Of a stretch of 64,000 bases of DNA, positions 49,547 through 59,068 are shown piece by piece. Every line of letters starts with the position of its first letter. Within the stretch, counting starts at the first letter, position 1. The DNA lies in contig DATHDM010000316.1 of NCBI GenBank assembly GCA_035319065.1, positions 1,050-65,049 of the forward strand, in the 5' to 3' direction. A program made the translations under genes and the position numbers. The notes below the pieces were generated by a model that was given only the letters and a program-made list of their open reading frames with translations, did not search any database and was not told the origin of the DNA. This DNA is from Terriglobales bacterium. GTDB taxonomy: Bacteria > Acidobacteriota > Terriglobia > Terriglobales > Acidobacteriaceae.

Positions 49547-50134
49547 ATGCCTCTTATCCTCGCCTCTTCGTCACCGCGGCGCCGTGAATTGCTCGAATCC
49601 GCGGCCATACCCTTCATCGCGCAGCCGGCCGACGTCCCCGAGGTACACACTCCCGGCGAGACGCCCACTGAGTTCTCCGAACGCCTGGCACGGGAAAAAG
49701 CCCGCGCCGTCTGGCAGAGCCTCCCGTCCACCGACGGCGCCTTCGTCCTGGGCGCCGATACCATCGTAGTTGTTGACGAGCACATCCTGGGCAAGCCCAC
49801 GAGCCCCGGCGACGCCGCTCGCATGTTGCGCCTTATCTCCGGACGCGCCCACCTGGTCACCACCAGCGTATGCCTCGTCCGCGCCCGCTCTGCCGGCGAT
49901 CTCCCGTTGGAAGACGTCCGTAGCGAGACCACGCGCGTGATCGTTTCCCCCATCAGCCAGGAGGAGATTTCCGAATACGTCGCCCGGGGCGAGCCCATGG
50001 ACAAAGCGGGGGCTTATGCCATCCAGGGCATCGCCGGACGCTGGATCCCGCGCATCGAAGGCTGCTACTTCAATATCGTCGGCCTGCCAATCCATCTGGT
50101 CTACCGTATGCTCCGCGAGCATGGCGCGCTCTGA
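49547..50134 (+). CDS. maf: Maf-family nucleoside triphosphate pyrophosphatase
   Basis: LILASSSPRRRELL...GADTIVV...KAGAYAIQG. Confidence 0.92.
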   Translation: MPLILASSSPRRRELLESAAIPFIAQPADVPEVHTPGETPTEFSERLAREKARAVWQSLPSTDGAFVLGADTIVVVDEHILGKPTSPGDAARMLRLISGRAHLVTTSVCLVRARSAGDLPLEDVRSETTRVIVSPISQEEISEYVARGEPMDKAGAYAIQGIAGRWIPRIEGCYFNIVGLPIHLVYRMLREHGAL

Positions 50135-50297
50135 AAATTCCCCCAAAGCTTCAACCTTGCGGACGACGGCACCTGCCCGGCGGGCTAGCGTGCGCGACTA
50201 GTTGCGTCCATGCAAACTCTGCTAGTCTGGGGGCAAAATCTACATTCAAGCGCTCCGCCGACAACAAATAACCATCTTAAAATCAATAACTTGCATT

Positions 50298-50313
50298 TGG
50301 CAATCCCACTGCA
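50298..50313 (+). promoter_or_regulatory. Sigma54-like -24/-12 element (TGGCA-N7-TGCA)
   Basis: TGGCAATCCCACTGCA has the GG and GC at the consensus 12-nt register (TGGCACG-N4-TTGCW). It lies 57 nt before the response-regulator GTG, in an AT-rich intergenic region. Motif match only. Confidence 0.3.
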
Positions 50314-50369
50314 CTTGAGCTGAGTACCGTTCCAACGGAAGAACCTACTCACCTGCCGGGAGACTCCCC

Positions 50370-50897
50370 GTGGCTCACAGAAAGCCGAAGCTCCTCTGCA
50401 TCGACGACGATGCCCAAGGCCTGATTGTGCGCAAACACCTGCTGGAGGTCTACGGCTTCGAGGTGACCACCTGCACCAGCCCGCGGCAGGGCCTGCGTCT
50501 CTTCCAGTTCCGCGACGACGTGGACCTGGCGGTAGTCGACTTCAACATGCCCGACATGGACGGGGTTACCCTCGCTGGAGAGATGAAGCGCGTGCGTCCC
50601 GACGTCCCCGTGGTGGTGCTCTCGGCCCTCCCCTGGCTGCCCGAGCATACTCCCAAGACCTACGATCTGTTTCTTACCAAGATGGAGTCGGGACTGGAGA
50701 TCAGCAAACGGCTCACCGCGCTGCTGGAGTCGCGGCCCGCCCACGGCACCAAGCGGCGCCGCACTCCCCTGATTCGGAAGAGTTCTGCATTGGCGGGCGT
50801 TCTGGCGGGTGTGGTGGTCGAGAGCGCCGCCCGCCACCTGCATTTCGGCCGCAGAAAGCCCCACCGCACCATGACCTACAACGGCGTGGCCAGCTGA
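50370..50897 (+). CDS. Single-domain response regulator (receiver only) with basic C-terminal tail
   Basis: Receiver motifs LCIDDD, phospho-acceptor context AVVDFNMPDMDG, VVVLSA and LTKM. No output domain. GGGAG SD and GTG start. Confidence 0.8.
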   Translation: MAHRKPKLLCIDDDAQGLIVRKHLLEVYGFEVTTCTSPRQGLRLFQFRDDVDLAVVDFNMPDMDGVTLAGEMKRVRPDVPVVVLSALPWLPEHTPKTYDLFLTKMESGLEISKRLTALLESRPAHGTKRRRTPLIRKSSALAGVLAGVVVESAARHLHFGRRKPHRTMTYNGVAS

Positions 50898-50951
50898 TCC
50901 TGACGGACCGGGGATCCTTGGCACTGTTTCCGTTGGTTGGTCCTGTCTTTC

Positions 50952-52811
50952 CTACACCTTCGCGAGCTTGCGCGCGCCCCCGGCCAGCTCGCTCTCTGCG
51001 CCCCAGGCGCGTGCCGTCTGGTCCAGATAAAGCAACACAGCGCACACCACCGCTCCCACCGCCAGCATCAGTCCCACGCTGGTCTGCCCGAGCAGCAGCT
51101 TGCCCGTGCCCAGCAGCGCGCAATAGATCATGCCGCAGCCCAACACCCAGGCTATGAGGTTGCGCCCCAGGTCGCGGTTGGGAGCCACATCCTGTACCCG
51201 CGCCGCCACCGGCCGCCAGCCGCGCACATCAGGGCGCACCTTGCGGTAGAAGCGGTCCAGCACCTCTTCGTGCTCGGGGCGAGTCACGAGCGTGACCGCC
51301 ACCCACACCACAGTAGCCACCACGGTTGTCGTCAGCGCGGTCTTGGCGAACAGCACCGAGCTGGCGCCGGAGAACGGCGATCCGCGCCCCATGACGCGCA
51401 TCCACAACCCGCTCCAGTTGAGCACGGTTGTCACCAGCAGGGAGGTTGCCATGGCGGAGATCTCGCTCCAAGCATTGATCCGCCACCAGTACCACCGCAG
51501 AATGTAGACCGCGCCCGTGCCCGCGCCGATCTGAAGCACGATCTGCCAGCCGGACCCGATCGACGCCAGCTGCAGCGACACCCACGCTGAGGCGATCACG
51601 AGCAGCACTGTCGCCAGCCGCGAGGCATTCACGTAATGCTGCTCGCTGGCGTTCTTCTTCAGGAATCGCCGGTAAAAATCCGCAACCAGGTACGACGCGC
51701 CCCAGTTCAGCTGCGTCGCCACCGTGGACATGAAGGCCGCCAGAAATCCAGCGATGGCCACGCCCCGCCAGGCGTGCGGCAGGTGCTGATTGAGCATCAG
51801 GATGTAGCCGCTCTCGGGCTGCGCCAGATTGGGATAGAGGACGATTACCGCCAGCGCGGTGATGATCCAGGGCCAGGGACGCAGAGCGTAGTGCGCCACG
51901 TTGAACCACAGCACGGAAAGCAGCCCGTTGCGCTCATCCTTGGCGCTGAAGATTCGCTGCGCGATGTATCCGCCGCCCCCCGGTTCCGCCCCCGGATACC
52001 AGAACGCCCACCACTGCAGTCCGAGGTTCACCAGAAACGTGATCACCGGATACGCCCACAGCGGCTCTGCCGTCAGCCCGCGTGAAAAATCGGGCAGTAC
52101 GCGCAGCGGATTGGAAGCCTGTGCGCCGCCGGCAGCCGACATCGCGCTCAGCCGGGCGATCATCACGTCCATGCCGCCGATCGCCCTGACGGCGTAGAAC
52201 GCCAGCGCGATCACAATCCCCATCTTCAGGCAGAACTGGAAAAGGTCAGTCCACAGCACCCCCCACAGCCCGCCCAATGACACGTACAGGCCGGTGAAGG
52301 GAACGATGAACAAAACGGTTATGGCGAGCGCCGAGCGCTCGCTGACTCCCATCGTCGTGCCCACGATACTGACCATGGCGCGAGTGACCCAGCCCAGGAT
52401 CAGACAGTTCATAAGCAAGCCGAGATAGATGGCGCGGAAGCCACGCAAGAATGCGGCCGGTTTGCCTGCATAGCGGATCTCGGCGAACTCGACGTCGGTG
52501 ATCACCCCGCTGCGCCGCCACAAGCGCGCGAACAGAAACACCGTCATCATGCCGGACAGCAGCATGCTCCACCACAGCCAGTTCCCCCCAACTCCTTGGC
52601 GATAGACCAGCCCGGTGACCACCAGCGGCGTATCGGCGGCGAAAGTGGTGGCTACCATCGACGTCCCAGCCAGCCACCAGGAGACATCGCGGCCGGAGAC
52701 GAAGTATTCGTCCACGCTCTTCCCCGAACGGCTGCGGAAATAGAGGCCCAGCAGTAGCGTGATTCCCAGGTAGGCGGCAATCGCGGTCCAGTCCAGCAGG
52801 GTGAAGTTCAT
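50952..52811 (-). CDS. Sodium:solute symporter (SSS) family transporter
   Basis: 619 aa with about 14 TM. N-terminal SSS signature (YFVSGRDVSWWLAGTSMVATTFAADTPL). Confidence 0.9.
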   Translation of the reverse strand: MNFTLLDWTAIAAYLGITLLLGLYFRSRSGKSVDEYFVSGRDVSWWLAGTSMVATTFAADTPLVVTGLVYRQGVGGNWLWWSMLLSGMMTVFLFARLWRRSGVITDVEFAEIRYAGKPAAFLRGFRAIYLGLLMNCLILGWVTRAMVSIVGTTMGVSERSALAITVLFIVPFTGLYVSLGGLWGVLWTDLFQFCLKMGIVIALAFYAVRAIGGMDVMIARLSAMSAAGGAQASNPLRVLPDFSRGLTAEPLWAYPVITFLVNLGLQWWAFWYPGAEPGGGGYIAQRIFSAKDERNGLLSVLWFNVAHYALRPWPWIITALAVIVLYPNLAQPESGYILMLNQHLPHAWRGVAIAGFLAAFMSTVATQLNWGASYLVADFYRRFLKKNASEQHYVNASRLATVLLVIASAWVSLQLASIGSGWQIVLQIGAGTGAVYILRWYWWRINAWSEISAMATSLLVTTVLNWSGLWMRVMGRGSPFSGASSVLFAKTALTTTVVATVVWVAVTLVTRPEHEEVLDRFYRKVRPDVRGWRPVAARVQDVAPNRDLGRNLIAWVLGCGMIYCALLGTGKLLLGQTSVGLMLAVGAVVCAVLLYLDQTARAWGAESELAGGARKLAKV

Positions 52812-52974
52812 GCGGGGCTACTTTCTTCTGACGGCACTCAGTAGTTCCGGCTTTGTGAAGGCTCCGGGTGCGGCCATATCTTTCTGATTCCCAGGTGGCC
52901 TGTCAATTCTGCCCCTCGACGCTCCGAGGCGCTGAGTGCTTCCCCGTCCCCGCCGTTCAGTTCCGGGCGCGTTC

Positions 52975-53691
52975 CTAGTCGTCCTTGAGCGACTTCGGAT
53001 CCGACAGGTTGCGCGGCGACCTCTGGTTCAGCAGCGACACCAGCTTCTGGCCCGACGCCGGCGTTCCCACCGCATGCTCGCGGACAATCTGCTTGGCGCT
53101 CAGCTTCCGCCCGTAGAGGTTTTCGTTCGCCCCGTTGTCCTGGCGAAGGGTTGAGCCCTCCAGCGAGACCCCGGCAAACAGCCCGCGCGAACGCGAATAG
53201 GACAGGATCTCGGCCCGCATCACGATGTCGGTCGCGGCAGTCGCATCGCGCCCCTTGGGGCCAGCCGCAGCGGCGGCATCGGCTCCCAGCTTCACTTTGC
53301 TTTTCAGCAGCGAACTCGCACCGCGCGGATTCATCACCAGCAGCACGAAATCCGTCTCCTCGCCGCCCAACTGGAACCCGATGTTCGCTCCCTCCAGCGC
53401 ATACATTGCCGGGGTGCCCCACGAGCCGGTGTAGTGTTCTCCAGAGCGACAAACCATGGCGCCGCGACCGAAGCTGCCGCCCACCCCGACGGCCAGCTTC
53501 TTCACCCCGGGCAGCACCAGGACGCACTCAGCCCGGTTCAAGAGGTCCTTGGGAATGCCGTCGGGAATGTCGAGGATCTCCTGCATCACTCGGCCCGATT
53601 CTTCCAGCCGGTCAACTTCGCGGTGCTTGCCAAAACTCTGGAGCGGGCAAAAGAGCGAGATGAGAACGAGTACAGTGACAGCTTTTCGCAT
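52975..53691 (-). CDS. SYLF (DUF500, Ysc84-like) lipid-binding domain protein, secreted
   Basis: Signal peptide, then AECVLVLPGVKKLAVGVGGSFGRGAMV and GFQLGGEETDFVLLVMN, typical SYLF repeats. Confidence 0.75.
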   Translation of the reverse strand: MRKAVTVLVLISLFCPLQSFGKHREVDRLEESGRVMQEILDIPDGIPKDLLNRAECVLVLPGVKKLAVGVGGSFGRGAMVCRSGEHYTGSWGTPAMYALEGANIGFQLGGEETDFVLLVMNPRGASSLLKSKVKLGADAAAAAGPKGRDATAATDIVMRAEILSYSRSRGLFAGVSLEGSTLRQDNGANENLYGRKLSAKQIVREHAVGTPASGQKLVSLLNQRSPRNLSDPKSLKDD

Positions 53692-53841
53692 GCCAACATC
53701 CCCCCATTTTCTGGCCGGTTGGTTTCGACCATCATTTCCCGTCCCCGGGCGCCGGACCAGATTACCTAAGACGATGGATCAGGGGGCGGGGGTTACCCCG
53801 ACTACGGATTCGCCTGTAGATTTAGCCGATATCCCCTGGAT

Positions 53842-54777
53842 TCAGTCTCGGCTTGCCGGGACGTCGCCGACTGGCCACGGCCAGATACCATGCACCGGCT
53901 TCCAGCCCAGAATCTGGCTGGCCTTATGATGGGAGCATCGATACGACGGGTGCCTCGGCCTGCTCGGGTCCAGGCCAGGGCGCGGCGCCCCAATTAAGTC
54001 GGCAAGCCGCTCGAGGTAGTCGCGGTAGCGGATCGGCTCATCGCAGATGTTGAAGGTCGAGCCTGCGGGAGCCCGCTCGAGCGCAAGGACGTAGGCAGCG
54101 GCAGCATCCTCGACGTTCACGGGCGAGATCCAGTTCTTGCCGTCGCCGGCAATGGTCTTCTCTCCGCGCTTCAACGCCTGGATCTGGCGCTCCTGAGCTG
54201 TGCCCGGACCTACGAAGTGTCCCCCGCGGAGCACGGCCCATCGCATCGCCGTGTGATGATGGCGGAAGAGCCGCATCATCGATTCCACGATCGCCACTGG
54301 TTGGCAGAGGTGGGCGCGCTCCGCCGACTTATCGAGCGGAGCCGACTCATCCAGCCAATCCTCGCCGCCATCGCGGTAGGCCATCACCACGCTCTGTGCC
54401 AGGAAGCACTTCACTCCCGCCTCAAGCGCTGCTCGCTGCAGCCGTCCGGTACCGCGAGTACGAAGCTGGGTGTTGCGATCCCATGCTCCCGGCGCCGCCG
54501 GATCGCCCGGGATGGCCGTTGCCGCGTGAATCACGGCATCGCAGCCCTCTAACTGCGACACGAGTCGAGACTCAGCGCCGGACTCCAGCAGATCACACTG
54601 GACGCTCTCAAGGCGTGCCTCAGGGAACGTCTGCCTCACCACCGGCATGGTCCTCCAGAGCCGGTTGGCATTCTCGACATCGCGCGCCAGGCAACGCACC
54701 GAGTGTCCGGCTGCCAGCAATTGCGGAATCAGGGCGCGGCCGAGGACGCCGGTTGGTCCCGCTACCGCCACCTTCAC
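53842..54777 (-). CDS. NAD-dependent epimerase/dehydratase family (atypical SDR)
   Basis: Rossmann motif VAGPTGVLGRAL. The GTG start overlaps the stop of the upstream peptidase gene (GTGA). Confidence 0.8.
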   Translation of the reverse strand: MKVAVAGPTGVLGRALIPQLLAAGHSVRCLARDVENANRLWRTMPVVRQTFPEARLESVQCDLLESGAESRLVSQLEGCDAVIHAATAIPGDPAAPGAWDRNTQLRTRGTGRLQRAALEAGVKCFLAQSVVMAYRDGGEDWLDESAPLDKSAERAHLCQPVAIVESMMRLFRHHHTAMRWAVLRGGHFVGPGTAQERQIQALKRGEKTIAGDGKNWISPVNVEDAAAAYVLALERAPAGSTFNICDEPIRYRDYLERLADLIGAPRPGLDPSRPRHPSYRCSHHKASQILGWKPVHGIWPWPVGDVPASRD

Positions 54778-57047
54778 GGCTGCGCGCCTGCGCCCGTGGT
54801 GGCGGCAGAACCCGGCATCAACTCGCGTTCGAAGTGAGACTCGATGCGGTGAAACAGGTGGGTGCGCGCCTCCGCCCCGGAAATCGAGTGCGTCTTATTG
54901 GGATAAAGCTCGAGATCGTAGGGAACACCACTCTTGATCAGCCCCTGGATCATCTGCACCGTGTTCTGGAAGTGCACGTTGTCGTCGCTCGTCCCATGCA
55001 CCATGAGCAGATGCCCCTTGAGGTCGGCGGCGCTGGATGTCGGCGAACTGGCGTTGTAGCCGGCTTCGTTGCTCTGGGGCAGGCCCATGTAGCGCTCGGT
55101 GTAGATCGAATCGTAAAGTTTCCAGTTGGAGACCGGGGCTACGGCGACGCCGGCCTTAAAGCGGTTGGAGTGAGTCAGGGCATAGAGCGTCATGTAGCCT
55201 CCGTAGCTCCACCCCCAGAAGCCAAGCCGGCTGGAGTCGAGTTGAGGATAGCGCTCGAGTACCTGATCGAGCGCCGCCAACTGATCCTGCAGTTCAACCT
55301 TGCCGAACTCGAGCCGTAGCGCCGCGGCGAACTCCCGCCCACGGGCAGCCATACCACGATTGTCGACCCGCAATATGGCGAAGCCCCGGCGCGCCATCAG
55401 CTGATCGAACAGCGAGTTGGCGCCTCCCCAGTCGTCGTTCACGCGTTGCGCCCCGGGCCCGCCGTAGGGGTTGAGGATGAGCGGGATTCGCCCCGAGCTT
55501 TGTGGCGGCAGCAACAACTGCCCGTACAGCCTGGTGGCTCCATCGGCCGCCTTCAGTTCCAGCCACTCCGGCGTTATCAATCTGTAGCCATCGAGGCTGC
55601 GCGACTCCCAGAAGGTCTGGCATGCCCCTCCGGTACGGCACAAAGAGAGTCTTGGCGGAATCATCAGCGCGGTGAAGCGATCGACGTAGTGGCTGCCGTC
55701 GTTGGAAAACAACGCCTGGTGAGTGCCCTTCTCCTGGCTTACGCGGTGGAAGTCGCTGCCATCCAACTTAACTGCGAACAACTGGCGCTGTTTGGCATCC
55801 TCTGCGTTCGCAGTGAGAAAGACCGTGCCCGCGGTCTCATCCACGTAGTTCAGCTTGAAAACTTCAAAGTCACCCTTGGTAAGCTGAGCAATCAACCGGC
55901 CCTCTGCGGCCAACGGGCTCCCCTTATCGAAGCCGAAGAGGTAGAGATGCTCATGGCCATCGCGCCAACTTTCCCACAGAAATCGGTCGCCCGATTTCAG
56001 CACGCGAAGACTGTCGTTCGCCTCGACCCAAGGGCTGCCAGTCTCGCTCAGCACTTGCCGCGTGTGCCCGTTGCCGGCGTCGGCAAAATACAAATCGAGC
56101 CGGTTCTGCAGGCGGTTCAGCACCTCGAAGTAAAGCAGGCCTTCACGCACCCAACCGAAACGGGGGATATAGAAATTCTTGGGGTCATCGCCGAAGTCGA
56201 TCCAGCGTACTTTTCCGCCATTGGCATTCACGACTCCCAGGCGAACTTCGGGATTGGGATCGCCTGCTTTCGGGTACTTCTGGTTCTCCACCCGCGGATG
56301 CATTGGCAGCCAGTCGGTAATGGGATAAGTAGGGACCGGCTTTTCGTTCATCTGCAGAAACACGATCTGCTTGTTGTCAGGCGACCAGAAATAGTTGCTG
56401 CGCACATTGAGTTCTTCGGCGTAGACCCAATCAACCTCACCGTTCAAGGTGTCGTCGCCGTCCGAGTGAGTGAGCGGACGTTCACCGCCATCGGGCAAGG
56501 GCCGCACCCACAGGTCGTGCTTGCGGATGTAAGCGACGTGATGCCCGTCGGGGGAAAACTTCGGATCGGTGCTGGGATCGGGAGAAGACGTCAACTGCAC
56601 GCCGGTGCCGCTTTCCAGGCCGAAATACCAGAGCTGCCCGTGGGAATCGAAAAGCAGGTGCTGCGAATCGGGTGCCCAGTGGTAGGCCGCTACCGCGTAG
56701 CGCGTGGTCCATTCCTTCTGGCGCTCGTCGGCAATCTTGGTGGCAGGTGGCGCCAGCGACGACAGCTTAGTTTCCCCCACCAGCACTGCCTTCTTCCCGC
56801 CGGCCGCATCCACGTACCATAGTTCCCCGTGGTCTCCGGCGTCGTCCCGCTGTACAAAGGAAATTCTGGTTCCGTCGGGACTCCACTCCAGCGTCTCCGG
56901 CGTTCGGCCCGTCACACCGCCTTCGGCAAAGATCGCCTCGATGGTGAGCTCCCCCTTGGAGTTTTGAGTTTGCGCGCTCAAGGGGACAGCGAGCAACGCA
57001 GCCAGGATCAGAGAAGGAAGGGCCAGCAGCCGTGGAGTTGGTTTCAT
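54774..57047 (-). CDS. S9-family dipeptidyl-peptidase IV-like serine peptidase
   Basis: Signal peptide, DPP-IV beta-propeller N-domain, nucleophile elbow GWSYGGY, and downstream Asp/His (GTSDDNVH, KTHS). Confidence 0.92.
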   Translation of the reverse strand: MKPTPRLLALPSLILAALLAVPLSAQTQNSKGELTIEAIFAEGGVTGRTPETLEWSPDGTRISFVQRDDAGDHGELWYVDAAGGKKAVLVGETKLSSLAPPATKIADERQKEWTTRYAVAAYHWAPDSQHLLFDSHGQLWYFGLESGTGVQLTSSPDPSTDPKFSPDGHHVAYIRKHDLWVRPLPDGGERPLTHSDGDDTLNGEVDWVYAEELNVRSNYFWSPDNKQIVFLQMNEKPVPTYPITDWLPMHPRVENQKYPKAGDPNPEVRLGVVNANGGKVRWIDFGDDPKNFYIPRFGWVREGLLYFEVLNRLQNRLDLYFADAGNGHTRQVLSETGSPWVEANDSLRVLKSGDRFLWESWRDGHEHLYLFGFDKGSPLAAEGRLIAQLTKGDFEVFKLNYVDETAGTVFLTANAEDAKQRQLFAVKLDGSDFHRVSQEKGTHQALFSNDGSHYVDRFTALMIPPRLSLCRTGGACQTFWESRSLDGYRLITPEWLELKAADGATRLYGQLLLPPQSSGRIPLILNPYGGPGAQRVNDDWGGANSLFDQLMARRGFAILRVDNRGMAARGREFAAALRLEFGKVELQDQLAALDQVLERYPQLDSSRLGFWGWSYGGYMTLYALTHSNRFKAGVAVAPVSNWKLYDSIYTERYMGLPQSNEAGYNASSPTSSAADLKGHLLMVHGTSDDNVHFQNTVQMIQGLIKSGVPYDLELYPNKTHSISGAEARTHLFHRIESHFERELMPGSAATTGAGAQP

Positions 57048-57241
57048 TTACGCTCCTGCGATTCCAATCAGTGTGCAGAGGAAAACCCAAAAGTTTACAA
57101 CGCCTGGCAGGGTGGCGCGGACACTGCGGTCCGGCGTTCATGCCCCCAGCGGGTTCGGCGGCCCGGAGATCCCCCGCACCCCCCTCCCGCCCTCGTAGCA
57201 GCGATCGCTCAGCGTGTTACAATTTGGCCAACTGGCCCTCC

Positions 57242-58015
57242 ATGAATTCTGATCTTCAGAACCTGATCGAGCTGCAGAAAGTCGACCGGGAAATCGCTCG
57301 TCTAAGTGCGGAAATTGCCGCTTTGCCAAGGCGAGTGGCGGCCATCGAGGAGAAACTCCGCTCCACCCGGGAGCGCATGGAGGCCGCCAAGGGAGTCCTG
57401 AAGGCCGACGAGCAGGCTCGCCGCAAGTACGAGGGCGAAATCCAGTCGCTGCAGCAGAAAATTTCCAAGTACCGCGAGCAACAGTTGGCGGTGAAAACCA
57501 ACCAGGAATACAAGGCCCTGACCCATGAGGTTGGGTTTGCCGAGCAGCAGATTCGCAGCTGTGAGGACAAGATCCTGGAGATCATGGTCAACGCCGAAGA
57601 CAAGGAACGCATCGTCAAGCAGGCCGAAGGCGAGCTGAAAACCCACAGCGCCGCTATCGAGAAGGAGAAAGCGGAGGCGCGGTCGCGCACCGCGGAGGAC
57701 GAAAGGCTGCTCGCCGAGTTCAAGGCCCAGCGTGAGAGCCTCCGTTCCGCGACCAACCCGGATGCGCTCCGCCATTACGATCGCGTGCTCAAGCTGCGGG
57801 GCAGCGCCATTGCGGAAGCCATCGATCATCGCTGCTCGGCATGCCAGGTTATGCTGCGGCCACAGGTATTCAATGAAGTGCAGAGCAACCAGCAGGTCAT
57901 TACCTGCGATTCCTGCAATCGGATTCTGTTCTACGACCCATCGCGCGAGCCGGAAGCGGTGAGTGAGCCGGAGACAGCGGAGAAGTCCGTCGCGGACAAT
58001 CTTCCCGCTCACTGA
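57242..58015 (+). CDS. Coiled-coil C4 zinc-ribbon protein (COG1579/DUF164-like)
   Basis: LIELQKVDREIARL, a long coiled coil, then CSACQ...CDSCNRIL. No SD. TGTTACAAT (57215-57223) lies just upstream. Confidence 0.75.
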   Translation: MNSDLQNLIELQKVDREIARLSAEIAALPRRVAAIEEKLRSTRERMEAAKGVLKADEQARRKYEGEIQSLQQKISKYREQQLAVKTNQEYKALTHEVGFAEQQIRSCEDKILEIMVNAEDKERIVKQAEGELKTHSAAIEKEKAEARSRTAEDERLLAEFKAQRESLRSATNPDALRHYDRVLKLRGSAIAEAIDHRCSACQVMLRPQVFNEVQSNQQVITCDSCNRILFYDPSREPEAVSEPETAEKSVADNLPAH

Positions 58016-58037
58016 CACACCGCCGGGGAGGTGGATC

Positions 58038-59051
58038 ATGCGCGCACGTCGCTCTTACCTGCTTACCTTGCTTCTCATGCTTGTGAATCTCGCCCTGTTC
58101 GGCCAGGGTCAGCCTCGGCGCAACGCTCCGCAGACGAGCAATACGCTGCAGATCCGCATCACCGCTGAAAACGATCGAGCTCTTTCCGACGAGCGTCTGC
58201 GAGTGCAGCTTCTCAACGCCGGCGGCGTGCCCCTTACCGAAACATTCTCCTCGCCCGAAGGCTATGCCGAATTCGGTGAGGTTGGCCCCGGCAATTACCA
58301 GGTCCACGTGACCGGCAACTCGATTGAACCGACTACCAGCGAAATGTTCACGATTCAGTCCGGCGGCAGTGTGCCTACCATCTATATTCAAGCCAAACTC
58401 AAGTCTTCGGCTGGGGAAAGCCCGGCTCCTCCGCGGGTCGGCGCCATCATTTCGATGTCCGACCTCAACGCCCCGCCGAAGGCAAGGGCCGAGCTGGACA
58501 AGGGCAACGAAGCCTTCGCCAAGGACGATTTGAAGACGGCCAGCGAAAGGTTTCAGAAAGCCATCGCACTCTACCCTCAATACGCGCGCGCCTACAACAA
58601 TCTGGGGGTAGTGGAGATGCGCCAGGGAGAAAAGGATCAGGCCAAAGCCAACTTTGAGAAGTCGGTGAGCCTGGACGAGCGCTTCGTACCCGGCTACATC
58701 AACCTCGCGCGCCAGGCCCTAAGCAACGACAATGCGGCCGATGCCACGGCGCAGCTCAAGAAGGCGCTGGCCGTCGATCCCAACCACGCCGAGGCGCTGG
58801 CGCTGATGGCTCGCGCCCTCTACATCAGCAAGAATTACGACGAGGCACTGACGGTTGCACAGCGCGTGCACACCCTGCCTCACGACCACTATTCCGAGGT
58901 GCATCTGATTGCCGGAAACGTGCTGATGGCGGAAGGCCAGCCCAAAGAAGCGGCAGTGGAGTTCACGATATACCTGAAAGAAAACCCCGACAGCCCGCGC
59001 GCCACAGCCGTACGCCAGATGCTGGCCAAGCTGCAGGCGCAAGCACAGTAA
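58038..59051 (+). CDS. Secreted TPR-repeat protein with N-terminal carboxypeptidase-regulatory-like beta domain
   Basis: Signal peptide, a beta-sandwich-like segment (LQIRITAEND...GNYQVHVTG), then several TPR repeats (AIALYPQYARAYNNLGVV...). Confidence 0.75.
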   Translation: MRARRSYLLTLLLMLVNLALFGQGQPRRNAPQTSNTLQIRITAENDRALSDERLRVQLLNAGGVPLTETFSSPEGYAEFGEVGPGNYQVHVTGNSIEPTTSEMFTIQSGGSVPTIYIQAKLKSSAGESPAPPRVGAIISMSDLNAPPKARAELDKGNEAFAKDDLKTASERFQKAIALYPQYARAYNNLGVVEMRQGEKDQAKANFEKSVSLDERFVPGYINLARQALSNDNAADATAQLKKALAVDPNHAEALALMARALYISKNYDEALTVAQRVHTLPHDHYSEVHLIAGNVLMAEGQPKEAAVEFTIYLKENPDSPRATAVRQMLAKLQAQAQ

Positions 59052-59068
59052 TCGACCACGTCCCGGTT

